From assembly GCF_056746865.1 (NCBI RefSeq), contig NZ_CM163382.1: a stretch of 64,000 nt of DNA; one strand, written 5' to 3'. Position numbers and translations under genes: made by a program. Positions within the stretch are counted from its first letter, which is position 1; each line of letters opens with the position of its first letter. A model generated the notes under the pieces. It saw only the letters and a program-made list of their open reading frames with translations, was not told the DNA's origin and did not search any database. Positions 45,897-57,322 of this stretch are shown one piece after another.

Positions 45897-47297
45897 ATGA
45901 CCTCTACACCGATTACTACCGCTGATATCGCTAAAGGTAAAATTGACGATGCGTTATCTGTACGGGAAAAAATAGGCTACGGCCTGGGTGACGCAGGCGG
46001 CACCGTAATAACTTGCCTGATCATGAACTTTCTCACCTTTTTCTACACCGACGTTTTTGGCTTAACTCCGGCGCTGGTCGGCACGCTGTTTATTGCACTG
46101 CGCGTGTTTGATGCCATCTCCGACCCGGTGATGGGCGTCATTGCCGACCGGACGCAAAGTCACTGGGGGCGCTTTCGTCCGTGGCAGTTATGGATTGCCA
46201 TTCCCATCGGCATTATCGGCATCCTGACGTTCACCGTGCCAGATGCCAGCATGGGAGTAAAAATCGCCTGGGCGTTCGGCACTTACCTGCTCCTTTCAGT
46301 CGGTTATACCGCCATCAACGTGCCGTACTGCGCGCTGATCAACACCATGACCACCCGCCACAATGAAGTGATCTCCTGCCAGTCCTGGCGATTCGTTCTC
46401 TGCGGTGTAGCGGGATTTCTGGTTTCGGTAGGCTTACCGTGGATGGTGGATCTCTTCGGTCAGGGTAATGCCGCGCGCGGCTATCAACTGGGCGTCGGCG
46501 TGCTGTGCGCCATCGCTGTGGTGATGTTCCTGTGCTGTTTCTTCTGGGTTCGTGAACGGGTACCACTCTCCACAATGGGGAAATTTACCCTGCGCGAACA
46601 TCTTGCCGGGCTGCGAAACAACGACCAACTGCTGCTGATGCTGGTCATGTCTTTCCTGCTGATTAACGTCTTTAATATTCGCGGCGGTGGGTATATGTAC
46701 TTCATTACCTACGTCTTACAAGGCAGTACGGGCTACACGTCGCTGTTCTTCACTATGGTCACCTTCGCCTCCATTATCGGCTCGGTGATTGTCAGCCCGT
46801 TAACGCGACGTTTCGATACCGTCAAAATTTACTACTACACCAACCTGCTCCTCGCTGCGCTGGCGGTGTTGATGTGGTTCCTGCCCTCTGGCCCGGCTTA
46901 TCAAACGCTGTGGCTGGCGGTGATCCTCGGTAATGGCGTGATTCTTGGCTTCACATTGCCACTGCACTTCTCATTGATGGCCTTTGCCGATGACTACGGC
47001 GAGTGGAAAACCCGCGTACGTTCTTCCGGCATGAACTTCGCCTTCAATCTGTTTTTCATCAAGCTGGCCTGGGCCTCCAGCGCCGGGATCATCAGCCTGC
47101 TGTTTATTTTTGTCGCCTACCAGCCAGGCGTGGAAAACCAGACCGCCAGTTCGCTTGGCGGGATCACAGCAATGGAAACATTGCTGCCTGCGCTATTCCA
47201 CCTGCTGCTGGCGATGGCGATCCGCTTTTGCAAACTCAATAACCCTATGATGTCACGCATTGCTAGCGACCTGCGTCAGCGTCATGTACAGCCTTAA
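45897..47297 (+). CDS. Glycoside-pentoside-hexuronide (GPH) family sugar:cation symporter (MelB/YicJ-like)
   Basis: Translation [56 protein letters not shown]... 12-TM; ATG 45897 preceded by GAGGA. Confidence 0.88.
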   Translation: MTSTPITTADIAKGKIDDALSVREKIGYGLGDAGGTVITCLIMNFLTFFYTDVFGLTPALVGTLFIALRVFDAISDPVMGVIADRTQSHWGRFRPWQLWIAIPIGIIGILTFTVPDASMGVKIAWAFGTYLLLSVGYTAINVPYCALINTMTTRHNEVISCQSWRFVLCGVAGFLVSVGLPWMVDLFGQGNAARGYQLGVGVLCAIAVVMFLCCFFWVRERVPLSTMGKFTLREHLAGLRNNDQLLLMLVMSFLLINVFNIRGGGYMYFITYVLQGSTGYTSLFFTMVTFASIIGSVIVSPLTRRFDTVKIYYYTNLLLAALAVLMWFLPSGPAYQTLWLAVILGNGVILGFTLPLHFSLMAFADDYGEWKTRVRSSGMNFAFNLFFIKLAWASSAGIISLLFIFVAYQPGVENQTASSLGGITAMETLLPALFHLLLAMAIRFCKLNNPMMSRIASDLRQRHVQP

Positions 47298-47307
47298 GGA
47301 GCACAAG

Positions 47308-49272
47308 ATGAACATTTCGGAAGTCGATCTGCATAAACTGACGGTCAGCGATCCGTTCCTCGGTCAGTACCAACAACTGGTCCGCGATGTGGTGATTCCT
47401 TATCAGTGGGACGCCTTGAACGATCGTATCCCAGAAGCGGAACCCAGCCATGCGATTGAAAACTTTCGCATTGCCGCAGGACTGCAAGACGGTGAATTTT
47501 ACGGGATGGTGTTTCAGGACAGCGACGTCGCCAAATGGCTGGAAGCGGTAGCCTGGTCGCTGTGCCAGAAGCCGGATGCCGAACTGGAAAAAACTGCTGA
47601 CGAGGTGATTGAACTGATCGCCTCCGCCCAGTGCGAAGATGGCTATCTCAATACTTACTTTACGGTAAAAGCGCCCGAAGAACGCTGGAGCAATCTGGCG
47701 GAGTGTCATGAACTTTACTGCGCCGGTCATCTGATTGAAGCCGGAGTCGCCTTCTTCCAGGCCACGGGCAAGCGGCGCTTGCTGGAAGTGGTTTGCCGTC
47801 TGGCCGATCATATCGACAGCGTATTTGGTCCAGGTGAAAGTAAGTTACACGGTTATCCTGGTCACCCGGAAATTGAACTGGCACTAATGCGCCTGTATGA
47901 AGTGACCGAAGAGCCGCGCTACCTGGCGCTGACGAACTATTTTGTCGAACAGCGTGGTGCGCAACCGCACTATTACGACCAGGAATATGAAAAGCGCGGG
48001 CAGACCTCGCACTGGCACACCTACGGCCCGGCGTGGATGGTGAAAGATAAAGCCTACAGCCAGGCGCATTTGCCCATCGCACAGCAACAAACCGCCATCG
48101 GACATGCAGTACGCTTTGTCTACCTGATGACTGGCGTCGCACATCTGGCGCGTTTAAGTCACGATGAAAGCAAGCGTCAGGATTGCCTGCGGCTGTGGAA
48201 CAATATGGCCCAGCGTCAGTTATATATTACCGGCGGCATTGGCTCACAAAGCAGCGGTGAAGCGTTCAGCAGCGATTACGATCTGCCGAATGACACGGTA
48301 TACGCTGAAAGTTGCGCCTCCATCGGCCTGATGATGTTTGCCCGGCGAATGCTGGAAATGGAAGGCGACAGTCAATATGCCGATGTGATGGAGCGCGCGC
48401 TGTACAACACTGTGCTCGGCGGCATGGCACTGGATGGCAAACATTTCTTCTATGTGAATCCGCTGGAAGTACATCCAAAATCGCTGAAATTCAACCATAT
48501 CTACGATCACGTTAAACCGCTCCGCCAGCGTTGGTTTGGCTGCGCTTGTTGTCCTCCAAATATCGCCCGCGTACTGACCTCGATTGGTCATTATCTCTAC
48601 ACGCCGCGTGAAGATGCGTTGTATATCAACATCTACGCAGGAAACAGCATGGAAGTGCCGGTAGAAAATGGCACGTTGTGCCTGCGGGTTAGCGGGAACT
48701 ATCCGTGGCAGGAACAGGTGACAATTGCGGTTGAATCGCCCCAGCCGGTGCGTCATACGCTGGCTTTACGTCTGCCGGACTGGTGCACACAGCCGCAGAT
48801 CATATTGAATGGGGAAGAGGTCGAGCAGGATATTCGTAAAGGGTATTTGCACATTACCCGCGAATGGCAGGAGGGCGATACGCTGAATCTGACTTTGCCG
48901 ATGCCGGTACGCCGCGTTTACGGTAACCCTCTGGTGCGTCACGTCGCCGGAAAAGTGGCGATTCAGCGCGGCCCGCTGGTGTATTGCCTGGAACAGGCCG
49001 ACAACGGCGAGTCACTGCATAACCTGTGGCTGCCCGCCGATGCGCCATTTACGACCTTTGAAGGCAAGGGATTGTTCAGCCATAAGATCTTAATCCAGGC
49101 ACCGGGTTACCGGTATGAACAGAGCAATCCAGAGCAGCAACCGCTGTGGCATTACGACAGTGCGCCAGCCAAACGCCAGCCGCAAACTCTGACGTTTATC
49201 CCGTGGTTTAGCTGGGCTAACCGGGGTGAAGGCGAAATGCGGATCTGGGTGAATGAGGAAACCAGCGCATGA
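47308..49272 (+). CDS. GH127 family (DUF1680) glycoside hydrolase, putative beta-L-arabinofuranosidase
   Basis: Translation MNISEVDLHKLTVSDPFLGQYQQLV...; motifs SGEAF, YAESCAS and WFGCACCPPN in spacing matching the HypBA1 Glu/Glu-x-Cys/Cys-Cys catalytic and Zn site as recalled; ATG 47308 preceded by AAGGAG, 10 bp after transporter stop. Confidence 0.85.
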   Translation: MNISEVDLHKLTVSDPFLGQYQQLVRDVVIPYQWDALNDRIPEAEPSHAIENFRIAAGLQDGEFYGMVFQDSDVAKWLEAVAWSLCQKPDAELEKTADEVIELIASAQCEDGYLNTYFTVKAPEERWSNLAECHELYCAGHLIEAGVAFFQATGKRRLLEVVCRLADHIDSVFGPGESKLHGYPGHPEIELALMRLYEVTEEPRYLALTNYFVEQRGAQPHYYDQEYEKRGQTSHWHTYGPAWMVKDKAYSQAHLPIAQQQTAIGHAVRFVYLMTGVAHLARLSHDESKRQDCLRLWNNMAQRQLYITGGIGSQSSGEAFSSDYDLPNDTVYAESCASIGLMMFARRMLEMEGDSQYADVMERALYNTVLGGMALDGKHFFYVNPLEVHPKSLKFNHIYDHVKPLRQRWFGCACCPPNIARVLTSIGHYLYTPREDALYINIYAGNSMEVPVENGTLCLRVSGNYPWQEQVTIAVESPQPVRHTLALRLPDWCTQPQIILNGEEVEQDIRKGYLHITREWQEGDTLNLTLPMPVRRVYGNPLVRHVAGKVAIQRGPLVYCLEQADNGESLHNLWLPADAPFTTFEGKGLFSHKILIQAPGYRYEQSNPEQQPLWHYDSAPAKRQPQTLTFIPWFSWANRGEGEMRIWVNEETSA

Positions 49273-49343
49273 TGCGACGCTTAACGCGTCTTATCAGTAT
49301 CAACATATCGGTGCGGTTGCCCGCTAACCATCGAAACGCGAGA

Positions 49344-49754
49344 TTAAACGCCCGGCAATACACGCCGGGCAGCTTCTGCCAGAAACGCACTTCTGTTGGC
49401 GTAGTCTGGGTTATTGCGCACGTAGGTATCAATCTTGTTCAGTAACCTTTTCGGCATCGTAATATTGATACGTTCAGCCCGACCTTCGAACTGATTCATA
49501 TTGATATCCACCAGCAACCATTGCCCGCCAATAAAGTCCTGCGCACGCTGGACCAGATGTGTTTCCACAGAGCCTGGAAGCGGCAACTCTTCATTCATCT
49601 CGCATAAGGTTTCGAAGTGCGCGACCAGTGCACTTCGCGCATCCTGGAAAGCGTTGTCCAGCGTATCACCAGCAAAATAACAGCCTGGAACATCAGGGAA
49701 AAAACCGCTGGCGCTGCCGTCAGGATCACTGTGGATATAGGCGGGATAAAACAT
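49344..49754 (-). CDS. hicB: HicB-family antitoxin (RNase H-like N-domain plus C-terminal ribbon-helix-helix)
   Basis: Translation MFYPAYIHSDPDGSASGFFPDVPGCYFAGDTLDNAFQDARSALVAHFE...NITMPKRLLNKIDTYVRNNPDYANRSAFLAEAARRVL. Confidence 0.8.
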   Translation of the reverse strand: MFYPAYIHSDPDGSASGFFPDVPGCYFAGDTLDNAFQDARSALVAHFETLCEMNEELPLPGSVETHLVQRAQDFIGGQWLLVDINMNQFEGRAERINITMPKRLLNKIDTYVRNNPDYANRSAFLAEAARRVLPGV

Positions 49755-49770
49755 ATTGCCTCCTGAAATT

Positions 49771-49956
49771 TTAAAATGTTAAACCAGCCTGACGCCCAAT
49801 TTGCGCCAGCGTACCGGGCTTAATATCTTTTTTAGGGTGCGGAACCGTCACCAGACCCGGATGAACAGGGTGGCGGAACTGATGATGACTGCCACGGGTT
49901 CGAATATGTTCCCAGCCATGCTGCTTCAGGATGGCGATCACGTCTGCACTTTTCAC
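49771..49956 (-). CDS. hicA: HicA-family toxin (YcfA-like mRNA interferase), 61 aa
   Basis: Translation MKSADVIAILKQHGWEHIRTRGSHHQFRHPVHPGLVTVPHPKKDIKPGTLAQIGRQAGLTF; 16 bp upstream of hicB on same strand. Confidence 0.8.
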   Translation of the reverse strand: MKSADVIAILKQHGWEHIRTRGSHHQFRHPVHPGLVTVPHPKKDIKPGTLAQIGRQAGLTF

Positions 49957-50182
49957 ATCCCTGCCCTTCCATGATTATACACACGATACACACACAATTA
50001 GCGATAACAATCACGATAGCGCGATTTATATGGGCCGTCAGGGGGATAAAGTTGACTCAGGAATGCCACTCGGAAGAAGAATAACGGTGTGCAGTAATTG
50101 GTAGAAAATATGCGAGGAGACTCGTAATTAAGTTCAATCAATATTCAGTCATTCAAGACGTAGACATTTGAATTGATAAAAC

Positions 50183-50202
50183 GCGCAAACGTCGCATCAG
50201 GC
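50183..50202. repeat. REP-like element (gcgcaaacgtcgcatcaggc) immediately downstream of aldB
   Basis: Matches REP consensus core. Confidence 0.5.
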
Positions 50203-50233
50203 AATGAATACCCAATGCGACCAGCTTCTTATA

Positions 50234-51772
50234 TCAGAACAGCCCCAACGGTTTATCCGAGTAGCTCACCAGCAGGCACTTGGTTTGCTGGTAATGCTCA
50301 AGCATCATCTTATGGGTTTCGCGTCCGATGCCCGACTGTTTGTAGCCGCCAAACGCCGCATGTGCCGGGTAAGCGTGATAACAGTTGGTCCACACGCGTC
50401 CAGCCTGAATGCCGCGCCCCATCTTATAGGCCAGATTACCGTTGCGGCTCCAGACACCCGCGCCCAGGCCATATTGTGTGTCGTTCGCCAGCTCCAGCGC
50501 TTCTTCCATCGTTTTGAAGGTGGTCACCGCCAGCACCGGACCAAAAATTTCTTCCTGGAACACGCGCATATTATTCTGACCAAACAGAATCGTCGGTTCG
50601 AGGTAGTAGCCGTCTTTCAGTTCTCCTTCCAGCAGCTTGCGCCGCCCGCCGGTGAGCACGTCTGCGCCCTCTTTTTTACCAATATCAATGTAGTTGAGGA
50701 TGGTTTCCAGTTGCCCGTGAGAAACCTGCGCGCCCATTTGCGTCACGCTGTCGAGCGGGTTACCGCTACGAATACTTTCAACACGGCGGATGGCGCGTTC
50801 CATGAAGCGTTCGTAGATAGACTCCTGCACTAAAGCACGGCTTGGACAGGTGCAAACTTCGCCCTGGTTAAAGGCAAACAGTGCAAAGCCTTCCAGCGCT
50901 TTATCAAAAAAGGCATCTTCTTCATCCATCACGTCAGCAAAGAAGATATTTGGCGATTTGCCGCCCAGCTCCAGCGTCACCGGAATAATGTTTTGCGTGG
51001 CGTATTGCATAATTTGTTGACCCACTTCCGTTGAGCCGGTAAACGCCACTTTGGCGATGCGTTTCGAGGTCGCCAGATATTCGCCAATTTCCCCACCTGC
51101 ACCGTTGACCACGTTCACCACGCCCGGCGGCAGTAAATCACCGACGATTTCCATTAGCAGCAGTACAGAAAGCGGGGTAAGACGTGCGGGTTTCAGCACC
51201 ACACAGTTGCCCGCCGCCAGCGCGGGAGCCATTTTCCAGCTCGCCATCAGCAGCGGGAAGTTCCACGGAATAATCTGCCCCACCACGCCTAACGGTTCGT
51301 GGAAGTGATAAGCCACAGTTTCGCTATCCACTTCACTAATACCGCCTTCCTGCGCCCGAATACACGAGGCAAAATAGCGGAAATGGTCAATCGCCAGCGG
51401 TACATCAGCAGCACTGGTTTCGCGAATGGGTTTGCCGTTATCCCAGGTTTCAGCCGTCGCTAACAGTTCAAGGTTTTGTTCCATTCGATCGGCAATCTTA
51501 AACAGAATCGCCGCGCGATCCTGCACCGAGGTATGCGCCCATTTATCTTTCACTTTGTGCGCAGCATCCAGCGCCAGATCGATGTCTCGTTTGCCCGAAG
51601 ACGCCACTTCGCACAGCCGCTGCCCGGTCACCGGCGTCAGGTTCTGGTAATACTCGCCGTCGGCAGGGGCTACCCATTCGCCGCCAATAAAGTTGTCGTA
51701 GCGGGCTTTTAACTTGAGGGGGAAACCATACTCGCCGGGCTTAATCTGTGCTGAAGGGGGATTATTGGTCAT
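50234..51772 (-). CDS. aldB: Aldehyde dehydrogenase B, 512 aa
   Basis: Translation [48 protein letters not shown]...; start at ATG 51770..51772. Confidence 0.96.
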   Translation of the reverse strand: MTNNPPSAQIKPGEYGFPLKLKARYDNFIGGEWVAPADGEYYQNLTPVTGQRLCEVASSGKRDIDLALDAAHKVKDKWAHTSVQDRAAILFKIADRMEQNLELLATAETWDNGKPIRETSAADVPLAIDHFRYFASCIRAQEGGISEVDSETVAYHFHEPLGVVGQIIPWNFPLLMASWKMAPALAAGNCVVLKPARLTPLSVLLLMEIVGDLLPPGVVNVVNGAGGEIGEYLATSKRIAKVAFTGSTEVGQQIMQYATQNIIPVTLELGGKSPNIFFADVMDEEDAFFDKALEGFALFAFNQGEVCTCPSRALVQESIYERFMERAIRRVESIRSGNPLDSVTQMGAQVSHGQLETILNYIDIGKKEGADVLTGGRRKLLEGELKDGYYLEPTILFGQNNMRVFQEEIFGPVLAVTTFKTMEEALELANDTQYGLGAGVWSRNGNLAYKMGRGIQAGRVWTNCYHAYPAHAAFGGYKQSGIGRETHKMMLEHYQQTKCLLVSYSDKPLGLF

Positions 51773-51972
51773 GATCGTCTCCTTGCGGTGTGAGGTATAA
51801 CAAGGGTAGACGTGACTGGCGAAATCTTCACCAGTCGGTAACAGCTTTACGACGGCTATCACGAATTTACGGGCAAGGGTTACAGAGATAACTAAAACTC
51901 TCTCAAAAATCGCAAATTTTGAGATAGTTTAAAAAATGGCTGACAATTAGCCAGCCATTGGGGGAATGATGA

Positions 51973-53124
51973 TTACATCGCAGCGCGATAAATTGCCACA
52001 ATCTCTTCGTGAGTTGCCTGAATCGGGTTAGTAAACCCACACGCATCTTTCAGGGCATTGGTGGCCAGTACCGCGAAATCCTCTTCTTTCACGTTCAGGT
52101 CACGCAGGCCTGCCGGGATATTCACTTTCTTCGCCAGTTCACGGATGGCATTGATGCACGCTTCTGCGCCTTCCGCGTCATTTTTGCCTGTCACGTTAAC
52201 GCCCATGGCAGCAGCACAGTCACGCAGACGCGCAGCAGCGACTTTGCTGTTGAACACCTGAACGTGTGGCAGCAGAACGGCATTACATACACCATGTGGC
52301 AGGTTGTAGAAACCGCCCAGCTGGTGCGCCATCGCATGAACATAACCAAGAGATGCGTTGTTGAATGCCATGCCAGCGAGGAACTGGGCATAAGCCATTG
52401 CTTCACGCGCTTTAGCATTGCTGCCATCTTCAACGGCTAACGGCAGATTTTCGGCAATCATGGTCACCGCTTTCAGTGCGCAAGCGTCAGTGATCGGCGT
52501 TGCAGCAATTGAAACATACGCTTCAATAGCGTGTGTTAAGGCATCCATACCGGTTGCGGCGGTCAGTGACTTCGGCATACCGATCATCAGAGAGGAGTCA
52601 TTGACAGAAAGCAACGGAGTGACATGTTTATCAACAATCGCCATTTTGATATGACGCGCTTCGTCAGTGATGATGCAGAAACGGGTCATTTCAGAGGCCG
52701 TACCCGCCGTGGTATTGATGGCGATCATCGGCAGCTGCGGTTTTGCAGAGCGGTCAACGCCTTCGTAATCGCGAATATCGCCGCCATTGGCTGCCACTAG
52801 CGCAATACCTTTTGCGCAGTCGTGCGGAGAACCACCGCCTAAGGAGATCACGCTATCGCAATTATTTTCTTTAAGTAATTTCAAACCTGCGGCGACGTTT
52901 TCCGTGGTTGGGTTAGGTTGGGTGCCATCATAAATAACGCTAAAAATATTGCGTTCTTCCAGTGCTTTTTGCACATCACCCGCCATACCTAATTTCGTTA
53001 ACATATTGTCAGTGACAATTAAGGTACGGGTAAATCCATAATCTGCCATCATATTCATTGCATCATTCAATGAATCAGCACCAATAACATTCACGGAAGG
53101 AATAAAAAAGGTTGAAGCTGCCAT
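51973..53124 (-). CDS. yiaY: Iron-containing alcohol dehydrogenase YiaY
   Basis: Translation [50 protein letters not shown]...; 383 aa. Confidence 0.95.
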   Translation of the reverse strand: MAASTFFIPSVNVIGADSLNDAMNMMADYGFTRTLIVTDNMLTKLGMAGDVQKALEERNIFSVIYDGTQPNPTTENVAAGLKLLKENNCDSVISLGGGSPHDCAKGIALVAANGGDIRDYEGVDRSAKPQLPMIAINTTAGTASEMTRFCIITDEARHIKMAIVDKHVTPLLSVNDSSLMIGMPKSLTAATGMDALTHAIEAYVSIAATPITDACALKAVTMIAENLPLAVEDGSNAKAREAMAYAQFLAGMAFNNASLGYVHAMAHQLGGFYNLPHGVCNAVLLPHVQVFNSKVAAARLRDCAAAMGVNVTGKNDAEGAEACINAIRELAKKVNIPAGLRDLNVKEEDFAVLATNALKDACGFTNPIQATHEEIVAIYRAAM

Positions 53125-53221
53125 AACACACTCCTGAAAGTGTAAAAAAGGGCGGGCAGCTTACTGAGGATTTTCATTCGAAAATATGATCAGTATTATT
53201 GTTTATCAAAATTAATCTAAT

Positions 53222-53260
53222 AAAAAGCACATTGTATTCATTAAACAATGTGCTTTTTTT
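53222..53260 (-). terminator. Rho-independent terminator downstream of selB (palindromic, potentially bidirectional)
   Basis: aaaaagcacattgtattcattaaacaatgtgcttttttt. Confidence 0.75.
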
Positions 53261-53313
53261 AAATTCATAAGAATTTTGTATTAATTTATTTTAAAACTTA
53301 ATTAATCATTTCC

Positions 53314-55158
53314 TTATTTTTCCGGAAATAATAATGCGTCGCGCAATAAATGATCATTTCCCCGACGACGCGTAAAACCAATGCGGTCAAAATATTCCAG
53401 AATTTGAATTGCCAGTTTTCGACCAACACCTAAACGATCGCGGAAATCCGCCGCGCAGGTTGAACCACATTCCTGATCGAGATCGCGGATCATATTGGCA
53501 AACTCGACAATCCGATCGTTACGGTAATAACGATCTTTAACGATCGCGGTAATTATCCCCTGCTGCGCCGCCTGGCGTAGCGTCAGGCGCATTGCCTGCT
53601 CGTCGGTTCCCGTCTCTTTTGCCAGGTCACGCACCCACCACGGTTCGTCACCAAACAGCGGCTCTGCTTTTTGCCAGATGACCTGCTGCTCTTCGCTGAA
53701 GCCCGCTTTATGATCCGGCAGATGCAGCCAACCGTGATGACTGAGGATGTCGCCGCTTTCGCGCATCTTTTCAATCAGCAACAGTACCAGCGCTTCATCT
53801 TCCATTGGCAACGCCATACGTCGCAGACGTTCGCGCCCAGGACCAGGTTCATCGCGATGTTGCTCATGATAAGTCGCTAATGTGTCGAGAATTTTCCGCT
53901 GCCAGCGGGCGGCAACCGGCGCATTCAACAAGCTATAACCAGCCTGAATATAGCCAGGCTGTTGCAGCAGTTCGCGCATCCCTTCGCCGTTGAGCTGCCG
54001 TGCCCAGGCGAAATCCGCAAGGTTAACCGCTCCGCGTTCCAGATGAACAGATAACGCATCGGCATCGCTCTGCGCCCGTGCAAGAGACGCCAGCCATTGC
54101 AGATATTCCGGCTTACGCTTACCGCGACGCGGCGGGTTAAGCATCACCACACGCGCCCCCGCCAGCGTGTTGCGGGCCGAGATATCGCGCAGCACCAGGC
54201 GATCGTTATCCGCCAGCCATAGCGGCGTGTCGAACACCAGCTCGGCAAGGTTATCTTCCAGCAGCGAAACGCGTCCCGTGACGTGGCTGGCGGCGTGGTG
54301 AATATGCAGCGGCTGCCACTGGGTCAGCGGTGTATGGGTTTGAAGCTCGACAATCACCCGTGTGAAAGGCTCCGGCGGCGCATCGGCAAGCAGCCAGTCA
54401 CCACGGTGAATCTGCTCTTTTTCCGCATCACCCGCGATGTTAAGCGCGATACGCTGACCGGCATGGGCAGTTTCTGTTGGCTGATTTTGCGCATGCAGCG
54501 CACGCACGCGCATCGGTTTATTTACACCAGTCAGCCATAGTGAATCGCCTACCTTCACTTCCCCGCTTAACGCCGTACCGGTGACGACCAGCCCGGCACC
54601 TTTTACGGTAAATGCACGGTCGATCGCGAGGCGGAAACTATGTTGGCTGGCGTGTTCACGTTCTGGTAACTGAAGCAAATGCTCGCGCAGGGCATCAATT
54701 CCCCGACCTTCGGTTGCTGCGGTGATAAACAGTTTTGCCTCAGCAAAACCGTATTCCCGCAGCACCTCCTTTACCTGGCGTTCAACCTCATCAACACGCG
54801 CTTCGTCCACGCGATCGGCTTTGGTCAGCGCCACTGTCAGCATCGGGTTACCGGTCAGCTGCAAAATCGCCAGATGCTCACGGGTCTGTGCCATCACGCC
54901 GTCATCGCACGCCACCACCAATAGCGCGTGATCGATACCACCAACGCCAGCCAGCATGTTGGAAAGAAACTTTTCATGACCGGGTACGTCGATAAAACCA
55001 GGCACACGGCCATCCGGCTGCGGCCAGTAGGCATAGCCGAGATCGATGGTCATGCCGCGCTTTTTTTCTTCCGGCAGACGGTCGGCATTTACGCCAGTAA
55101 TCGCCTGCAATAAGGTTGTTTTGCCGTGGTCAACGTGTCCGGCAGTCGCAATAATCAT
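53314..55158 (-). CDS. selB: Selenocysteine-specific translation elongation factor SelB
   Basis: Translation [45 protein letters not shown]...; 614 aa. Confidence 0.97.
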   Translation of the reverse strand: MIIATAGHVDHGKTTLLQAITGVNADRLPEEKKRGMTIDLGYAYWPQPDGRVPGFIDVPGHEKFLSNMLAGVGGIDHALLVVACDDGVMAQTREHLAILQLTGNPMLTVALTKADRVDEARVDEVERQVKEVLREYGFAEAKLFITAATEGRGIDALREHLLQLPEREHASQHSFRLAIDRAFTVKGAGLVVTGTALSGEVKVGDSLWLTGVNKPMRVRALHAQNQPTETAHAGQRIALNIAGDAEKEQIHRGDWLLADAPPEPFTRVIVELQTHTPLTQWQPLHIHHAASHVTGRVSLLEDNLAELVFDTPLWLADNDRLVLRDISARNTLAGARVVMLNPPRRGKRKPEYLQWLASLARAQSDADALSVHLERGAVNLADFAWARQLNGEGMRELLQQPGYIQAGYSLLNAPVAARWQRKILDTLATYHEQHRDEPGPGRERLRRMALPMEDEALVLLLIEKMRESGDILSHHGWLHLPDHKAGFSEEQQVIWQKAEPLFGDEPWWVRDLAKETGTDEQAMRLTLRQAAQQGIITAIVKDRYYRNDRIVEFANMIRDLDQECGSTCAADFRDRLGVGRKLAIQILEYFDRIGFTRRRGNDHLLRDALLFPEK

Positions 55159-56546
55159 TTCAACAACATCTCCAAAAACCGTTGCTCATCTTCAAGGCAG
55201 CGTAAATCCAGCCACAATCGTCCGTCATAAATACGACCAATCACCGGCACTGGCAATTCACGCCAGCGGGCGGCTAATGACTCAAGGTGGCTACCGCGTC
55301 CATCATGGGGTGTAAACGTTAATGCGGCGCTCGGCAGGCGATCAACCGGCAGCGAACCACTGCCAATCTGCGAAAGACATGGCATAACCTGTACCGCAAA
55401 CTCCGCGCCGTAATGTGCGGCAAGGGGAGCCTGTAAACGTTGTGCCTGGATTTGAATGACCTCTGCGCTGCGGGTAAGCAGGCGCAGGGTCGGTAATTTT
55501 TCACTCAGAGCTTCAGGGTGTAAATAAAGACGCACCGTGGCTTCCAGCGCCGCGAGGGTCATTTTATCCGCGCGTAATGCACGCTTCAGCGGGTGGCTTT
55601 GCAGGCGGGCGATCATCTCTTTTTTACCAACGATAATCCCTGCCTGCGGCCCGCCTAACAACTTGTCGCCGGAGAAACTCACCAGACTGACGCCCGCCGC
55701 AATCAACTCCTGCGGCATTGGCTCTTTCGGCAAACCGTACTGGCTAAGATCGACCAGCGAGCCACTGCCTAAATCAGTCACCACGGGAATATCCAGTTCT
55801 TTGCCGAGCGCCACCAGTTCCGCTTCATCTATCGCTTTGGTGAATCCCTGAATGCTGTAGTTACTGGTATGTACTTTCATCAACAGTGCGGTATTTTCAT
55901 TCACCGCCTGACGATAATCATTCGCGTGCGTGCGGTTGGTGGTCCCTACTTCGTGTAGGGTGCAGCCTGCCTGACGCATGACATCAGGAATACGAAACGC
56001 GCCGCCAATCTCCACCAGTTCGCCGCGAGAAACCACCACCTCTTTCCCGCTAGCAGTGGCCGCCAACATCAATAACACCGCCGCCGCATTGTTATTAACG
56101 ATACAGGCATCTTCCGCTCCCGTAATGCGGCACAGCAGCTGCGCCAGCGCCCGATCGCGATGTCCGCGTCCGGCGTCGTCCAGATCGTACTCGAGGGTCA
56201 CTGGCGAACGCATAGCCTGCGCAACGGCTTCCACTGCGGCTTCCGCCTGTAAAGCTCGCCCAAGATTGGTATGCAGCACGGTTCCCGTCAGGTTGATCAC
56301 CGGACGCAGCGCGCTCTGCGCCTCCTTTGTCAGTCGGGCATCGACTTCTTGCGCCCAGTTTTCACACCATGCGGGCAGCGTCTGGCTGTCACGAATCACT
56401 TCTCGCGCTTCGTCAAGCATCTGACGCAGCAATTCCACCACGCGGGTGTGACCATAAGTATCACGCAAAGAAAGGAAGGAGCTATCGCGCAATAAGCGAT
56501 CAATAGCCGGAAGTTGACTATAGAGGGAACGCGTTTCGGTTGTCAT
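55155..56546 (-). CDS. selA: L-seryl-tRNA(Sec) selenium transferase SelA
   Basis: Translation [49 protein letters not shown]...; 463 aa; 4-bp overlap with selB start. Confidence 0.97.
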   Translation of the reverse strand: MTTETRSLYSQLPAIDRLLRDSSFLSLRDTYGHTRVVELLRQMLDEAREVIRDSQTLPAWCENWAQEVDARLTKEAQSALRPVINLTGTVLHTNLGRALQAEAAVEAVAQAMRSPVTLEYDLDDAGRGHRDRALAQLLCRITGAEDACIVNNNAAAVLLMLAATASGKEVVVSRGELVEIGGAFRIPDVMRQAGCTLHEVGTTNRTHANDYRQAVNENTALLMKVHTSNYSIQGFTKAIDEAELVALGKELDIPVVTDLGSGSLVDLSQYGLPKEPMPQELIAAGVSLVSFSGDKLLGGPQAGIIVGKKEMIARLQSHPLKRALRADKMTLAALEATVRLYLHPEALSEKLPTLRLLTRSAEVIQIQAQRLQAPLAAHYGAEFAVQVMPCLSQIGSGSLPVDRLPSAALTFTPHDGRGSHLESLAARWRELPVPVIGRIYDGRLWLDLRCLEDEQRFLEMLLK

Positions 56547-56643
56547 AGGAAACCTGGCTGATCAAGGCCCTCTCACACGGAGAAGGGCGTTTAACATAAC
56601 CACGGATTGTAACGTGAGATGGGTCAGGAGGACATATCGCGCA

Positions 56644-57252
56644 TCAAGCCTTTGGCGGTTCGGTGCGAGCAAAACTTTCGCGGCTAAACAGGTTTTCGAC
56701 CAGTTTGACTAAGTGTGGGCGGTCGACACACCAGCCTGGCGCAACGCGGCGGAAATTGAGATATCCGACGGCACAGGCAATGGCGATAGTCGCCAGATTG
56801 ACCGTATCGGTTTTGAGCGTGCCATCGACCAGATATCCTTCCAGCACATCCAGACTGCGGTTGATTTTCTCCCGCTGGCGTAACAATTCATCTTCAGACT
56901 GCTGCGCCGCCGGACGCGCCTGTTCACGCACCGATACCAGCCCGGCATCCATAATGCCATCCGCCAGCGCCTCAATTTTGCGCACCCGCAACGACTCCAG
57001 CGGATCGCGCGGCAACATCGCCGGAGCGACATTCATTAATTCAATATATTCAGCGATGATCGGCGAATCAAACCAACATTCGCCCTCTTCGGTCACCAGC
57101 ACCGGCACTTTCCCTAACGGGTTAAATTGCGCCACGCCGTTGTCCGCGTTATAGGGCAGTTCATTAATAAATTCGAAAGTTATGCCCTTTTCTAACAACA
57201 GAATAGAAAGTTTGCGTACAAACGGGCTGGTGTAGCTACCGACGAGTTTCAT
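56644..57252 (-). CDS. yibF: Glutathione S-transferase-like protein YibF
   Basis: Translation [53 protein letters not shown]... Confidence 0.93.
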
Positions 57253-57322
57253 GCCGAGTCCTTTGTGCGAGGAAAAATATCAGTATGGCTCAGGCTCACG
57301 CAAAACACAGGTGATATAAGTC

